The notes under the pieces are model-generated. The model did not search any database. It saw only the letters and a list, made by a program, of their open reading frames with translations, and was not told the origin of the DNA. The translations under genes were made by a program, and so were the position numbers. Below are positions 51,958-61,091 of a stretch of 64,000 nucleotides of DNA, in pieces. Origin of the DNA: Nitrospinaceae bacterium (lineage in GTDB: Bacteria > Nitrospinota > Nitrospinia > Nitrospinales > Nitrospinaceae); assembly GCA_965237905.1 (NCBI GenBank), contig OZ250172.1, positions 1,696,001-1,760,000 on the forward strand, read 5' to 3'. Every line of letters begins with the position of its first letter. The first letter of the stretch is position 1.

Positions 51958-53397
51958 GTGTTTAAATGGGGTTTGTTTAAAAAAGATTTGGCTGATCCGG
52001 ATATTCCGGATGATATAAAAAAGCAGATGAAGTCCATTTATTCGAAATTTTCCGGCTCCGATCCAGTGGTTCTGGTCATGGATCAATTAGGTCAGGTGAT
52101 TCGGGAGCAGAAAAAAAAGATAGATGAAAATATACAAAAAGTCGAAGCATTGGAAAAGAGACTAAAGCAGGCTTATCGCGAAAAAAACTTTCAGGCTGAT
52201 CTTTTGACCAGTATGTGCGATGAAATTCAGGCGCCTATTCATACTATGAATCAGCTTGGAGATTGGTTGAACCAAACCCATCTGGACCCTAATCAAAAAG
52301 CGGGTTTCGATTTTTACCGCATCACTGGGAGAAAGCTGAACGATCTGTTTAAAAATATTATTGATGTCGCCAAACTGCGGGAAGGCATTTTTCAGCTGGA
52401 CCCCATTCCATTTCAGTTGAATGAGGTGGTGCGCGAAATCATGCTAACCCTGAATCTCACTGCCCAGGAAAAGGGAATTTCCTTACACATAAATATTGAT
52501 CCCGATATTCCCCAATATATTGTTGGAGATATGAAGCGCTTGGAACAGGTTCTGATCAGTTTGATCAATAATGCCATCAAGTTTACTTATCAAGGCGAGG
52601 TCCGGGTGTCGATTCAAAAAGGTCGCGATGACGGCGCGGAATGTGTCATTAACTTTTTAGTTATGGATAGCGGGATGGGCATTCCCGAAACTCAGTTGGA
52701 TACTATTTTTGAGCGTCTGGCTCAGGGCGACCCGGATGTCGAACGAAACTTCGGTGGCACCGGCCTGGGTCTTTATATCTGCAAAAGTTTTGTGGAGCAA
52801 ATGGGTGGAGCTATTTGGGCCGAAAACCGCAAAGAAGGAGGCGCTACGTTTGGGTTTGGGATCCTGTTTGAAAAAGGATCATTGGAGGAAATTGAAGAAG
52901 AGCTTCTGCTTCTCCCTCAAAAAAGAGAAATCGATGACTTCGACCTTGATAGGGGTTTTCCAGGGGATGAGGTTCCCGGAGAAGCAGTTGCGGCTGACAA
53001 TAACGATAAAAATTTAAAAATTCTTGTCGTGGATGATTGTCAAGATACCTGCCGGTTAATTGAAAGTTATTTAGCAAAGGGTTCCTATGTAGTTGATATT
53101 GTGAATAATGGAAGGGATGCCCTTGAGAGGCATGCAACCGGAGAATATGATTTAATTCTGATGGATATTCAATTGCCGGGTTTGGATGGTGTCAGCGCGA
53201 CCATAGAAATCCGCAGTAAAGAAGTCCAGAGTGCCCGCAAAACCCCCATATTTGCTTTGGTTGGAACTTCCAGTCAGACCAATGGATATTATCTTGCCGC
53301 TGATTTCGATCTATCCCTGATGAAACCTATTTCCAAGGACACACTTTTGGAAGCCATTAGCACGCTTAAAATCCCCGACAAAAAAATCGTTAATTAG
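51958..53397 (+). CDS. Hybrid sensor kinase/receiver with degenerate H-box
   Basis: NNAIKFT, DSGMGI, GGTGLGL, LILMDIQLP; H-box reads SMCDEIQAP. Confidence 0.8.
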   Translation: MFKWGLFKKDLADPDIPDDIKKQMKSIYSKFSGSDPVVLVMDQLGQVIREQKKKIDENIQKVEALEKRLKQAYREKNFQADLLTSMCDEIQAPIHTMNQLGDWLNQTHLDPNQKAGFDFYRITGRKLNDLFKNIIDVAKLREGIFQLDPIPFQLNEVVREIMLTLNLTAQEKGISLHINIDPDIPQYIVGDMKRLEQVLISLINNAIKFTYQGEVRVSIQKGRDDGAECVINFLVMDSGMGIPETQLDTIFERLAQGDPDVERNFGGTGLGLYICKSFVEQMGGAIWAENRKEGGATFGFGILFEKGSLEEIEEELLLLPQKREIDDFDLDRGFPGDEVPGEAVAADNNDKNLKILVVDDCQDTCRLIESYLAKGSYVVDIVNNGRDALERHATGEYDLILMDIQLPGLDGVSATIEIRSKEVQSARKTPIFALVGTSSQTNGYYLAADFDLSLMKPISKDTLLEAISTLKIPDKKIVN

Positions 53398-53534
53398 AAA
53401 AAAATATTTTTTCCCGCTTGTTCATCAAGGCATAATCTGGTACTTTTTAGTTCCGAAAAATTCCATTTTAAAACTAATTACTAATTTATGAGCTTGGGGA
53501 TTACCTGGCTCTTATTGCTTTGAGAGGAACTAAT

Positions 53535-53963
53535 ATGCCTGCAAGAACATCGGAAGCTCGTTGGGAAGGAAATTTAAAAGAGGGAAAAGGAACCATGAAA
53601 TTGGGAAGCGGAGCCTACGAAGGCGCCTATTCGTTTCCTTCCCGTTTTGAAGATGGATCTGGAACCAATCCGGAAGAATTGATCGCCGCCGCCCACGCCG
53701 GTTGCTATTCCATGGCGTTCTCTGCCGGCTTGGGAAAGGCTGGGTTCAATCCTACCAGCGTCGATACCAAAGCGACGGTGACCCTGGAAGCTGTAGAAGG
53801 CGGTTTTGGAATCACCAAAATTGATTTGGTATGTGAGGCGGTTATCCCGGGTATTGATGAAGCACAGTTCCAGGAACATGCCGAGGGCGCTAAAAATGGA
53901 TGCCCCGTATCCAAAGCCCTGGCTGGACCTACAATCAGTTTAAAGGCCACCCTGAAAAAATAA
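53535..53963 (+). CDS. osmC: OsmC family peroxiredoxin
   Basis: GTNPEELIAAAHAGC, AKNGCPVSKAL. Confidence 0.95.
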   Translation: MPARTSEARWEGNLKEGKGTMKLGSGAYEGAYSFPSRFEDGSGTNPEELIAAAHAGCYSMAFSAGLGKAGFNPTSVDTKATVTLEAVEGGFGITKIDLVCEAVIPGIDEAQFQEHAEGAKNGCPVSKALAGPTISLKATLKK

Positions 53964-53976
53964 TTGAATACCTTCA

Positions 53977-54018
53977 ATCACACGAGCCTGACATGAAGGC
54001 AGGCTCGTGTGACTTTCT
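53977..54018 (+). terminator. Rho-independent terminator
   Basis: tcacacgagcctg..caggctcgtgtga then ctttct. Confidence 0.6.
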
Positions 54019-54078
54019 CAAAACCATGATAAGGCCACCATTTTAAAATAAGCCTAAATAGGCTAATGGTGTTTTGCG

Positions 54079-55074
54079 ATGTCAGGTCCTAAAGATATTT
54101 GGGTGGTCATAGAGCATTCGGATGGGACGGTGAAGCCGGTCAGTCTGGAAGCGATTCACGCGGTCCGCCAGCTATCTTCCAAATCGGGCGGTCAGGTCAA
54201 GGCAGTATATTTAGGGTCGCAGAGTGGGGATGGAATCAAGGCGGTTGCCCGTGCGGGAGTGAACCAGGTTCTATTGATCGTTGATCCGGAGCTGGAGGCT
54301 TATACCAGTTCCCGCTATTTGGCGGCTCTGGTTGGCTGCATGGGCGACTCTCCGCCATCCGCAATCCTGTTACCAGCAACGAACCATGGCAAAGAACTGG
54401 CCCCTGCCCTGGCTTCAAGTTTGGGTTCCGGACTGGCCACGGATTGTATCGGCCTGGATTATAGTGAATCCTCTGGAATTACGGTGAAGAGGCCCGTATA
54501 CGCTGGTAAAGCCTCATCCTCTCTGGAGTTTTCCGGACCTGAGCCGGTAATCATAACCCTCCGACCCAATGCATTCCGGTCTGACCCGCCCGCAGATGCC
54601 AAAGAAGCTCCTATTATTGAACACTCCCCCGAGTGGACCGAACACTCCCGTCTCCTGCACCTGAAGGAAATTATCAAAGGAAGCGGGACATTAGATATCA
54701 CCGAGGCCAGAATTGTGGTCTCCGGCGGATTGGGAATGCAGGGCCCTGAGAATTTCCACCTATTAGAGGAGCTGGCAAATGTGCTTGGAGCGGCGGTTGG
54801 CGCCAGTCGGCCGGTGGTGGACAATGGCTGGCGGGATTATTCCAACCAGGTGGGCCAAACCGGCCGAACCGTAGGTCCTGATTTGTATATTGCCTGTGGA
54901 ATTTCTGGTGCCGTACAGCATTTGGCCGGAATGTCCTCTTCCAAATGTATTGTGGCGATCAATAAGGATCCGAATGCGCCAATTTTTGAGGTGGCCGATT
55001 ACGGAATTGTTGGCGATGCCCTTCAGATTCTTCCCATTTTGACCCGGGAATTTAAAAATGTAGTTCAAGCATAG
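54079..55074 (+). CDS. etfA: Electron transfer flavoprotein alpha subunit
   Basis: VVSGGLG, VGASRPVVD, QVGQTG, GISGAVQHLAGM, AINKDPNAPIF. Confidence 0.95.
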   Translation: MSGPKDIWVVIEHSDGTVKPVSLEAIHAVRQLSSKSGGQVKAVYLGSQSGDGIKAVARAGVNQVLLIVDPELEAYTSSRYLAALVGCMGDSPPSAILLPATNHGKELAPALASSLGSGLATDCIGLDYSESSGITVKRPVYAGKASSSLEFSGPEPVIITLRPNAFRSDPPADAKEAPIIEHSPEWTEHSRLLHLKEIIKGSGTLDITEARIVVSGGLGMQGPENFHLLEELANVLGAAVGASRPVVDNGWRDYSNQVGQTGRTVGPDLYIACGISGAVQHLAGMSSSKCIVAINKDPNAPIFEVADYGIVGDALQILPILTREFKNVVQA

Positions 55075-55115
55075 ATTTTCTTCCCTTTTGCCCTCGTATT
55101 ATTTATATTCTCCAC

Positions 55116-55781
55116 ATGAGTTCTCTTTCCAAACAGCAGATCCTAACGGTTCTAAGCAATGCAAAGTTGGAATTAGGGGATATTCAATTTTCTGATGAGA
55201 TGATCAGTCGTTTTCAGGAATTCTGCGCACTTCTTCAGAAGTGGAATGACAAGATCAACCTGACCAGCGAGAAAGACGCACTCTCGATTCTTGAAAAGCA
55301 CATTTTTGATTCCCTGCAATACCTTCGCTGGCTGGATTCATCTCATAAAACCCTCGACATCGGCAGTGGCGCCGGGTTTCCCGGTATTCCTATCAAGATT
55401 ATTTACCCCGATTTGGATTTAACTCTGATGGAGAGCCAGAGGAAGCGGTGCAATTTTTTGCGCGAGGTCATTCGCTCCTTAAAGTTGGATAGAATTGATG
55501 TGGTGGAAGGGCGCGCCGAGAGTTTTTCTGGTCACGATACCTTTTTGGAAAGATTTGATCGGATTCTTTTTCGAGGATTCAGCTCTTTGGGCACCTGTCT
55601 AACCATCGGCCTGCCTTTTTTGAAAATAAACGGGAAGATAGTACTAAAAAAGAGTCCGGAAGAGATGCCGGACTCAACCTCTGAAACCGTCCAAAATGCC
55701 CGGATTATCGCGTCAAAAGAAGTTGAAGGATTTGAGGGGCAGGGTTCTCTAATGATGATTATTGAGAAGTGTTCCACGTGA
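55116..55781 (+). CDS. rsmG: 16S rRNA m7G527 methyltransferase
   Basis: WNDKINLTS, HIFDSL, DIGSGAGFPGIP; upstream of parA. Confidence 0.93.
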   Translation: MSSLSKQQILTVLSNAKLELGDIQFSDEMISRFQEFCALLQKWNDKINLTSEKDALSILEKHIFDSLQYLRWLDSSHKTLDIGSGAGFPGIPIKIIYPDLDLTLMESQRKRCNFLREVIRSLKLDRIDVVEGRAESFSGHDTFLERFDRILFRGFSSLGTCLTIGLPFLKINGKIVLKKSPEEMPDSTSETVQNARIIASKEVEGFEGQGSLMMIIEKCST

Positions 55782-55785
55782 AACA
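55770..55785. promoter_or_regulatory. parS: parS centromere site
   Basis: tgttccacgtgaaaca matches TGTTNCACGTGAAACA. Confidence 0.9.
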
Positions 55786-55862
55786 TTTTCAATGTAACTC
55801 AGTGAGTCAATTCATTCAGTTTTCATGAAGAGTAATATTAAATTTTTCAATGGGTTATAATC

Positions 55863-55878
55863 CGTTCCACGTGGAACC
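55863..55878. promoter_or_regulatory. parS: Second parS site
   Basis: cgttccacgtggaacc. Confidence 0.8.
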
Positions 55879-55958
55879 CTGAAATCTCTAGGAAATTGAT
55901 TGTTAAGGTGGAAATCTTGTGTTAATTTTGGCTGGCGTGCAACTTGTAAAGGAATCTC

Positions 55959-56768
55959 ATGCCTAAGATCATCTGTGTTGCCAATCAGAAGGGAGGGGTC
56001 GGGAAGACCACTACGGCCATCAACCTTTCGTCCTGCATCGCCCTCACCGGAAAGAAAGTCCTTTTAATTGATTTTGACCCGCAGAGCAACGCCACCACAG
56101 GTTTGGGGCTCTATTTAAATGACTCCCAAATGGGAATTTATAATCTTATCGTCGGCGATGCTGATATTGATCAGGTCACTTATCCGACAGCCATTGATAC
56201 TCTGTATATCATCCCATCCACGGTAGATCTGGCGGGTGCAGAAATCGAACTGGTCAACCAGGAGCACAGGGAGTCAATGCTCAAAACCGCTTTGAGCCCA
56301 CTTGATTCCAAGTATGAATTTGTAGTCATTGATTGCCCCCCTTCCCTTGGCCTGTTGACATTAAACGCATTGACGGTCTGCAATTCGGTTTTGATTCCTA
56401 CGCAATGTGAATATTATTCCATGCAGGGTTTGGGTCGCTTTATACAAACCATAAAAATGCTTAAAAGCGCCCTCAATCCCGAACTAAAAATTGAGGGCAT
56501 TCTCTTGACTATGTATGATGGAAGAACTTCTCTGGCTCACCAGGTTCGGGAGCAAATCCGGAAATATTTCAAGGAATCCCTTCTGGGTACCGTCATCCCC
56601 AGGAACATTCGCTTGAGTGAAGCCCCCAGCCACGGAAAGCCCATTGTGCTGTATGACAACCATTCGAAAGGGGCCGATTCCTATATCGAGTTAGCCCGGG
56701 AAATTATTGCGCGTAATAGAAAAACCGCAGAAACATCAACCTTGGAAACCAGTGAGACGACCCCGTGA
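55959..56768 (+). CDS. parA: Chromosome partitioning ATPase ParA/Soj
   Basis: NQKGGVGKTT, DFDPQSN, DCPPSLG, RLSEAPSHG. Confidence 0.96.
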   Translation: MPKIICVANQKGGVGKTTTAINLSSCIALTGKKVLLIDFDPQSNATTGLGLYLNDSQMGIYNLIVGDADIDQVTYPTAIDTLYIIPSTVDLAGAEIELVNQEHRESMLKTALSPLDSKYEFVVIDCPPSLGLLTLNALTVCNSVLIPTQCEYYSMQGLGRFIQTIKMLKSALNPELKIEGILLTMYDGRTSLAHQVREQIRKYFKESLLGTVIPRNIRLSEAPSHGKPIVLYDNHSKGADSYIELAREIIARNRKTAETSTLETSETTP

Positions 56769-57625
56769 ATAGACAAGCTCTAGGCAAAGGTATCAAGGCC
56801 CTCATCCCAAATTTTGAAACGAAAGAATCCGCAGGCGCCACCACGGCAGGTATGGTGGAGTTATTGATCGATGAAATATCTCCCGGTGAAACCCAGCCCA
56901 GAAAAGACTTTAATGATGAAAAACTGAAAGAGCTGGAAAACTCGATCCGGGAGAATGGAGTGATCCAGCCCATCGTTGTTCAGAAGCGGGGCGCAGGTTA
57001 TGAAATTATATGTGGCGAGCGACGCTGGCGCGCCAGCAGGAAAGCCGGTCTTAAAAAAATTCCCGCCGTTATTCGCGAGGCCAGCAGTACTCAATCCCTG
57101 CAAATGGCCCTGATCGAAAACATCCACCGCCAGGACCTGAATCCGATCGAAGAAGCTGAGGCCTATAAACGATTGTCACATGAGTTTGGACTGACGCAAG
57201 AAGTCATTGCCAAGCAGGTCGGAAAAAATCGGGCGACAGTAGCCAATTATCTCCGTCTCCTCAAGCTATCCAAGGGGTTTCAGGATGACCTGATCACCGG
57301 ACGATTGACCATGGGTCACGCCCGCGCCATGCTGGCACTGGAAACCGAGAAGGAGATGGAAGAAGTGCGTCGGGAAGTCCTCAGGCAAAACATGAATGTC
57401 CGGCAGATCGAGTCCTATATTCGGACCAAAAAGAATCCCGCGGGAGCGAGGCCTAAAAAAAAATTAGTCCATAAGGACATATTTATAAAGGATCTGGAAA
57501 AGGAATTTCAGCGCCACCTGGGTACCAAAGTGGAGATCACCCCAGGCAAAAAAGGCGGCAAAGTTGTTGTTTCTTATTATTCTATTGATGACTTGAACCG
57601 AATTCGTGATATGATAGTATCCTAA
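56765..57625 (+). CDS. parB: Chromosome partitioning protein ParB/Spo0J
   Basis: ALGKGIKAL, QPRKDF, GERRWRA, ENIHRQDLNPIEEA. Confidence 0.96.
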   Translation: MNRQALGKGIKALIPNFETKESAGATTAGMVELLIDEISPGETQPRKDFNDEKLKELENSIRENGVIQPIVVQKRGAGYEIICGERRWRASRKAGLKKIPAVIREASSTQSLQMALIENIHRQDLNPIEEAEAYKRLSHEFGLTQEVIAKQVGKNRATVANYLRLLKLSKGFQDDLITGRLTMGHARAMLALETEKEMEEVRREVLRQNMNVRQIESYIRTKKNPAGARPKKKLVHKDIFIKDLEKEFQRHLGTKVEITPGKKGGKVVVSYYSIDDLNRIRDMIVS

Positions 57626-57688
57626 TTTCTGAGAGTCCCATGCCTTGTTTTTTTCCAACCCATAAAACTCCTTCCAAGGGGAGAAGAC

Positions 57689-58096
57689 ATGACCGCAAAA
57701 AATAACGTTGAGAACATTAAAGACATTAAGGCCTATTTAGGTGAAGACACTGTTTTTAGTGGGACGCTGAGTTTCAACGGCGTTGTCCGTATCGATGGCA
57801 AGATGGATGGTGAGGTCAATACCGATGACACTTTAATTGTCGGAGAAAACGGAGTTCTGGAAGCGGACATCAATGCAGGAACGGTTATCTGCCGGGGAAA
57901 AATCAAAGGAACGATCAAAGCATCCAACCGAATCGAGATTCACAACAACAGCGAAGTTGTGGGCAACATTTCAGCCCCCGCCCTTCTGGTTGAAAACGGC
58001 GCGATCTTTGACGGCAGTTGTGACATGACCGGGACCGAAGGCAAGATCATCAAGCTGGTCCAAAACGAAGAAGCGGAATCGGCCACCTCAGTTTAA
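57689..58096 (+). CDS. Bactofilin
   Basis: GTLSFNGVVRIDG...LIVGENG...VENGAIFDGSC beta-helix. Confidence 0.9.
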   Translation: MTAKNNVENIKDIKAYLGEDTVFSGTLSFNGVVRIDGKMDGEVNTDDTLIVGENGVLEADINAGTVICRGKIKGTIKASNRIEIHNNSEVVGNISAPALLVENGAIFDGSCDMTGTEGKIIKLVQNEEAESATSV

Positions 58097-58121
58097 AGTC
58101 ATCCAGCAGAATCAGACAGTA

Positions 58122-58160
58122 GAAAAAACCGGCGATAGGGTTCCATCGGCCGGTTTTTTT
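58122..58160. terminator. Rho-independent terminator
   Basis: aaaaaaccggcgat..atcggccggttttttt. Confidence 0.7.
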
Positions 58161-58250
58161 ATTCCTTCCCCACAGCACGCTACCCCATAAAAACCTTTTA
58201 ATCCAAATAGTTATTGAGATTTGCCTGGACCACCTTTACAATACGTATGT

Positions 58251-58958
58251 ATGTCACATGAAGGGAAGGGTCGCTTGTATGTGGTGAGTACTCCCATTGG
58301 AAATCTGGGGGACATCACTTACCGCTCTGTGGAAATGTTGCGTCAGGTTTCGCTGATCGCGGCGGAGGATACCCGTCGCACCAGTATTCTCCTGAACCGT
58401 TACGAGATTGCTACGCCTCTTTCCAGTTACAACAGTTACAACAAGACCCGCAAGGGTCCCGGAGTTATAAAAAAAATATGCCAGGGGGAGGACATCGCTT
58501 TGGTTTCCGATGCCGGTACGCCGGGTGTATCCGATCCTCTGTACCATCTGGTGCAGTTGGCGTTGGAACAGGAAGTGGAAGTGATTTCCATTCCCGGACC
58601 CTCGGCGGTTCTGTCGGCGTTAACGGTATCGGGATTGCCGATGGACCGTTTTCGGTTTGAAGGATTTTTACCCCGCAAAAAGAGACGCAAAAGAATTATA
58701 GAAGAGTTGGCGGAACATTCCGAAACAGTGGTGCTGTTCGAATCTCCGCAACGTATTGACAAAACTCTGAACGAGTTGAGGGAAGTGTTTGGAAACCGTA
58801 ATGCCGCTATTACCCGGGAATTGACCAAGATGCATGAAGAGGTGTTGCGGGGAGGACTAGACGATTTGTGCAAGGCCAGCGAGGGCCGTAAATGGAAGGG
58901 TGAAATAACATTAGTCCTTTCGGGCAAATCCTATAAAAACAAAAGCAAGGAGAATTAA
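58251..58958 (+). CDS. rsmI: 16S rRNA C1402 2'-O-methyltransferase
   Basis: LYVVSTPIGNLGDIT, AAEDTR, VSDAGTPGVSDP, RELTKMHEE. Confidence 0.95.
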   Translation: MSHEGKGRLYVVSTPIGNLGDITYRSVEMLRQVSLIAAEDTRRTSILLNRYEIATPLSSYNSYNKTRKGPGVIKKICQGEDIALVSDAGTPGVSDPLYHLVQLALEQEVEVISIPGPSAVLSALTVSGLPMDRFRFEGFLPRKKRRKRIIEELAEHSETVVLFESPQRIDKTLNELREVFGNRNAAITRELTKMHEEVLRGGLDDLCKASEGRKWKGEITLVLSGKSYKNKSKEN

Positions 58959-60271
58959 TGTCGATTATTTCAGTTGTAGGTCCCAAAGGTGGCATCGGTA
59001 AAACCACTTTATCGATCAATGCCACCGCCGCGCTGACCCGGGCTCTAGCCTCCGGCAAATACAACAACCGGATTTGTCTCGTCGATTTGGACCTTCGTTT
59101 GCCTACCATCACCAGCCTTCTGGACAGCCATCCGTCCAAAACGTTTTACGATCTGTTCGAATGTCTGGGCAAAAAAACCTATCAGACCGACTTTTTGAAA
59201 ATTGTCCATCAGCTGGTCACCAGTTTCCAGGCCTATATCGATGGCAATATTCCGGCCCGCAACGAAAAGTTGATCGAGGTGTTTCACCATTACCATGTCA
59301 TGAACACCGATTTGTTCCTCGCCTCGGAATTCAAATTTGGGAATGCGATTCACGAATTGCTGATGAAGCGTCGCGAGATCAAGAACATTTCCCAAATCAA
59401 AAAATTACAACCCATCCTCAAGAAAATCGATCTCGATGAATTCAAGCGCATCCTGGATGCAATGAATCAGGCCTCCCGACCCGTGATGGAGGAATATATC
59501 AGTTACATTGAAGAGTATGGTTTCTCCATTTTAGGCGGGGAGGTCCCCATCCTGGGCAAACGGGCACACCGCAAACGGATCAACGAACCGGAATTCCTCC
59601 TGCGCTTTCTCGAATTTTTGGATACCGTGTTCCAAAAGTTTGAGCATGTGATTGTGGATACCCCGGCAGGCGGGGTTAACCACATGTCCTCCCTGATGAA
59701 TATGATCGACCAGGTTCTGTTCATATTCGACCTGAGCAACAACATCGCGATCAACGGAAGTATCGATGCCGTCCACACCTTTATCGATTATTACGAAGAG
59801 TTTCAGGCGGACTATGCCAAAGGCCAGTTGGTGGGGCTCGACCGCGCCCATGTCAAACGCCTCATCGCGCAAAAGGGGAAGGGCGACCTGTATCAATCCA
59901 TTAAAAACAAAAAACTGGGCCTCGTGTTCAACCGTTGCCAGAGCAATCACGAAATCGAGAAAGCTCTGAAAATGCTACGGGAATATCTGGATACCCTGGA
60001 CAAATATCATCAATACAAAACCCGGATCCAGATCGTGGGCATGGTTCCCAATAATAAAGTCATTAATATCACCAACAACAAAAAGACCCTTTTTTATAAT
60101 ATGGATATCGGCCTGAGTGAACGCATGGACCAGATAGCGAAAGCCGTTTTGTCGGAGAACACCACTTGCCCCACACTGGCGGATGACGACAAAACCATCA
60201 TCAGCTATTTGAATAAAATAAAGAAACCCCAGCTGTTCGATAAACTGACGAGAATAGCCAGCACCAACTGA
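58958..60271 (+). CDS. Large ParA/MinD-family ATPase with internal insertion
   Basis: GPKGGIGKTT deviant Walker A, VDLD, VDTPAG. Confidence 0.8.
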   Translation: MSIISVVGPKGGIGKTTLSINATAALTRALASGKYNNRICLVDLDLRLPTITSLLDSHPSKTFYDLFECLGKKTYQTDFLKIVHQLVTSFQAYIDGNIPARNEKLIEVFHHYHVMNTDLFLASEFKFGNAIHELLMKRREIKNISQIKKLQPILKKIDLDEFKRILDAMNQASRPVMEEYISYIEEYGFSILGGEVPILGKRAHRKRINEPEFLLRFLEFLDTVFQKFEHVIVDTPAGGVNHMSSLMNMIDQVLFIFDLSNNIAINGSIDAVHTFIDYYEEFQADYAKGQLVGLDRAHVKRLIAQKGKGDLYQSIKNKKLGLVFNRCQSNHEIEKALKMLREYLDTLDKYHQYKTRIQIVGMVPNNKVINITNNKKTLFYNMDIGLSERMDQIAKAVLSENTTCPTLADDDKTIISYLNKIKKPQLFDKLTRIASTN

Positions 60272-60278
60272 TCGCATT

Positions 60279-60857
60279 ATGGAAAACATCAAGCTCGGCG
60301 TACTCACTCAAGCCCAATACCAGTTTTTGGTATCCAAAGAACCTCAGGGATACTACGATAACCGGACCCGGGAGCAGTTGTACAGTTTGATCGATAAACT
60401 GGCGGGCCACAAAAAACATTGCACCAAAGAAGAAACGCGGTTGCACAAACGATTTCAGAACGCCGAATTTGGTATTCTGTTGCCGGGCAACCGCAAAACC
60501 AACGGACCTCTTAAGTTCAAGGTTTCCGTTTGTCTTGACGGAGAGCATGAAGGGGATATCACCACCGGTGGAACGCTGATCATCAACGAAAAGGGGTGTG
60601 TGCAGGGAAACATTTCGGCGAAAGAAATCGTTTGCAAAGGCAAAATGGCAGGGAATGTTTCAGCGGGTCAAAAGTTAACCCTCTATTCAACCGGAACATT
60701 GATGGGCGATGTGGTTGCACCCGCAGTTCAAATTGCTCCCGGAGCGATGTTTCAAGGAAAATGCAAATTGGGGAACCCCGGACTCAAAGCCGCACAGAAA
60801 AAAGAAGAGCGTGTCCCCATCAAAAACCGGATCATCCAATTGTTTCGAGCGGGTTAA
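60279..60857 (+). CDS. Bactofilin with an unrecognised N-terminal domain
   Basis: GPLKFKVSVCLDGEHEGDI...IAPGAMFQGKC. Confidence 0.85.
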   Translation: MENIKLGVLTQAQYQFLVSKEPQGYYDNRTREQLYSLIDKLAGHKKHCTKEETRLHKRFQNAEFGILLPGNRKTNGPLKFKVSVCLDGEHEGDITTGGTLIINEKGCVQGNISAKEIVCKGKMAGNVSAGQKLTLYSTGTLMGDVVAPAVQIAPGAMFQGKCKLGNPGLKAAQKKEERVPIKNRIIQLFRAG

Positions 60858-60894
60858 AAAGGTGACATTTCTCCTTAATTGCTCATTCGAAAAC

Positions 60895-61090
60895 TGCAAA
60901 TTGCTCCCAACGTGATCGGCAAGAAAAAACCGTTGGGCACAAGTTACGTTTTAAAATTTGCTCCGGGCCATGCCCGGCCCCTCTGGGGAAGAGGCGGCGC
61001 ATCGCCGCAGATAAATTTAGGATATTCAAATGCGCTCCAGGATTATAGTCAGCTGTTAGCTGTCAGCCAGTTCCCACTCTGGGGAAGAGT
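60895..61090. repeat. Composite dispersed repeat copy
   Basis: ccgggccatgcccgg, atcgccgcagataa, tgtcagccagttcccactctggggaagag. Confidence 0.75.
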
Positions 61091-61091
61091 T

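Noticed and set aside
60879..61091. N-terminal 71 aa of the 445-aa ORF
   Set aside because: Translates intergenic repeat DNA; homology with the bactofilin N-terminus places the start at 61092.
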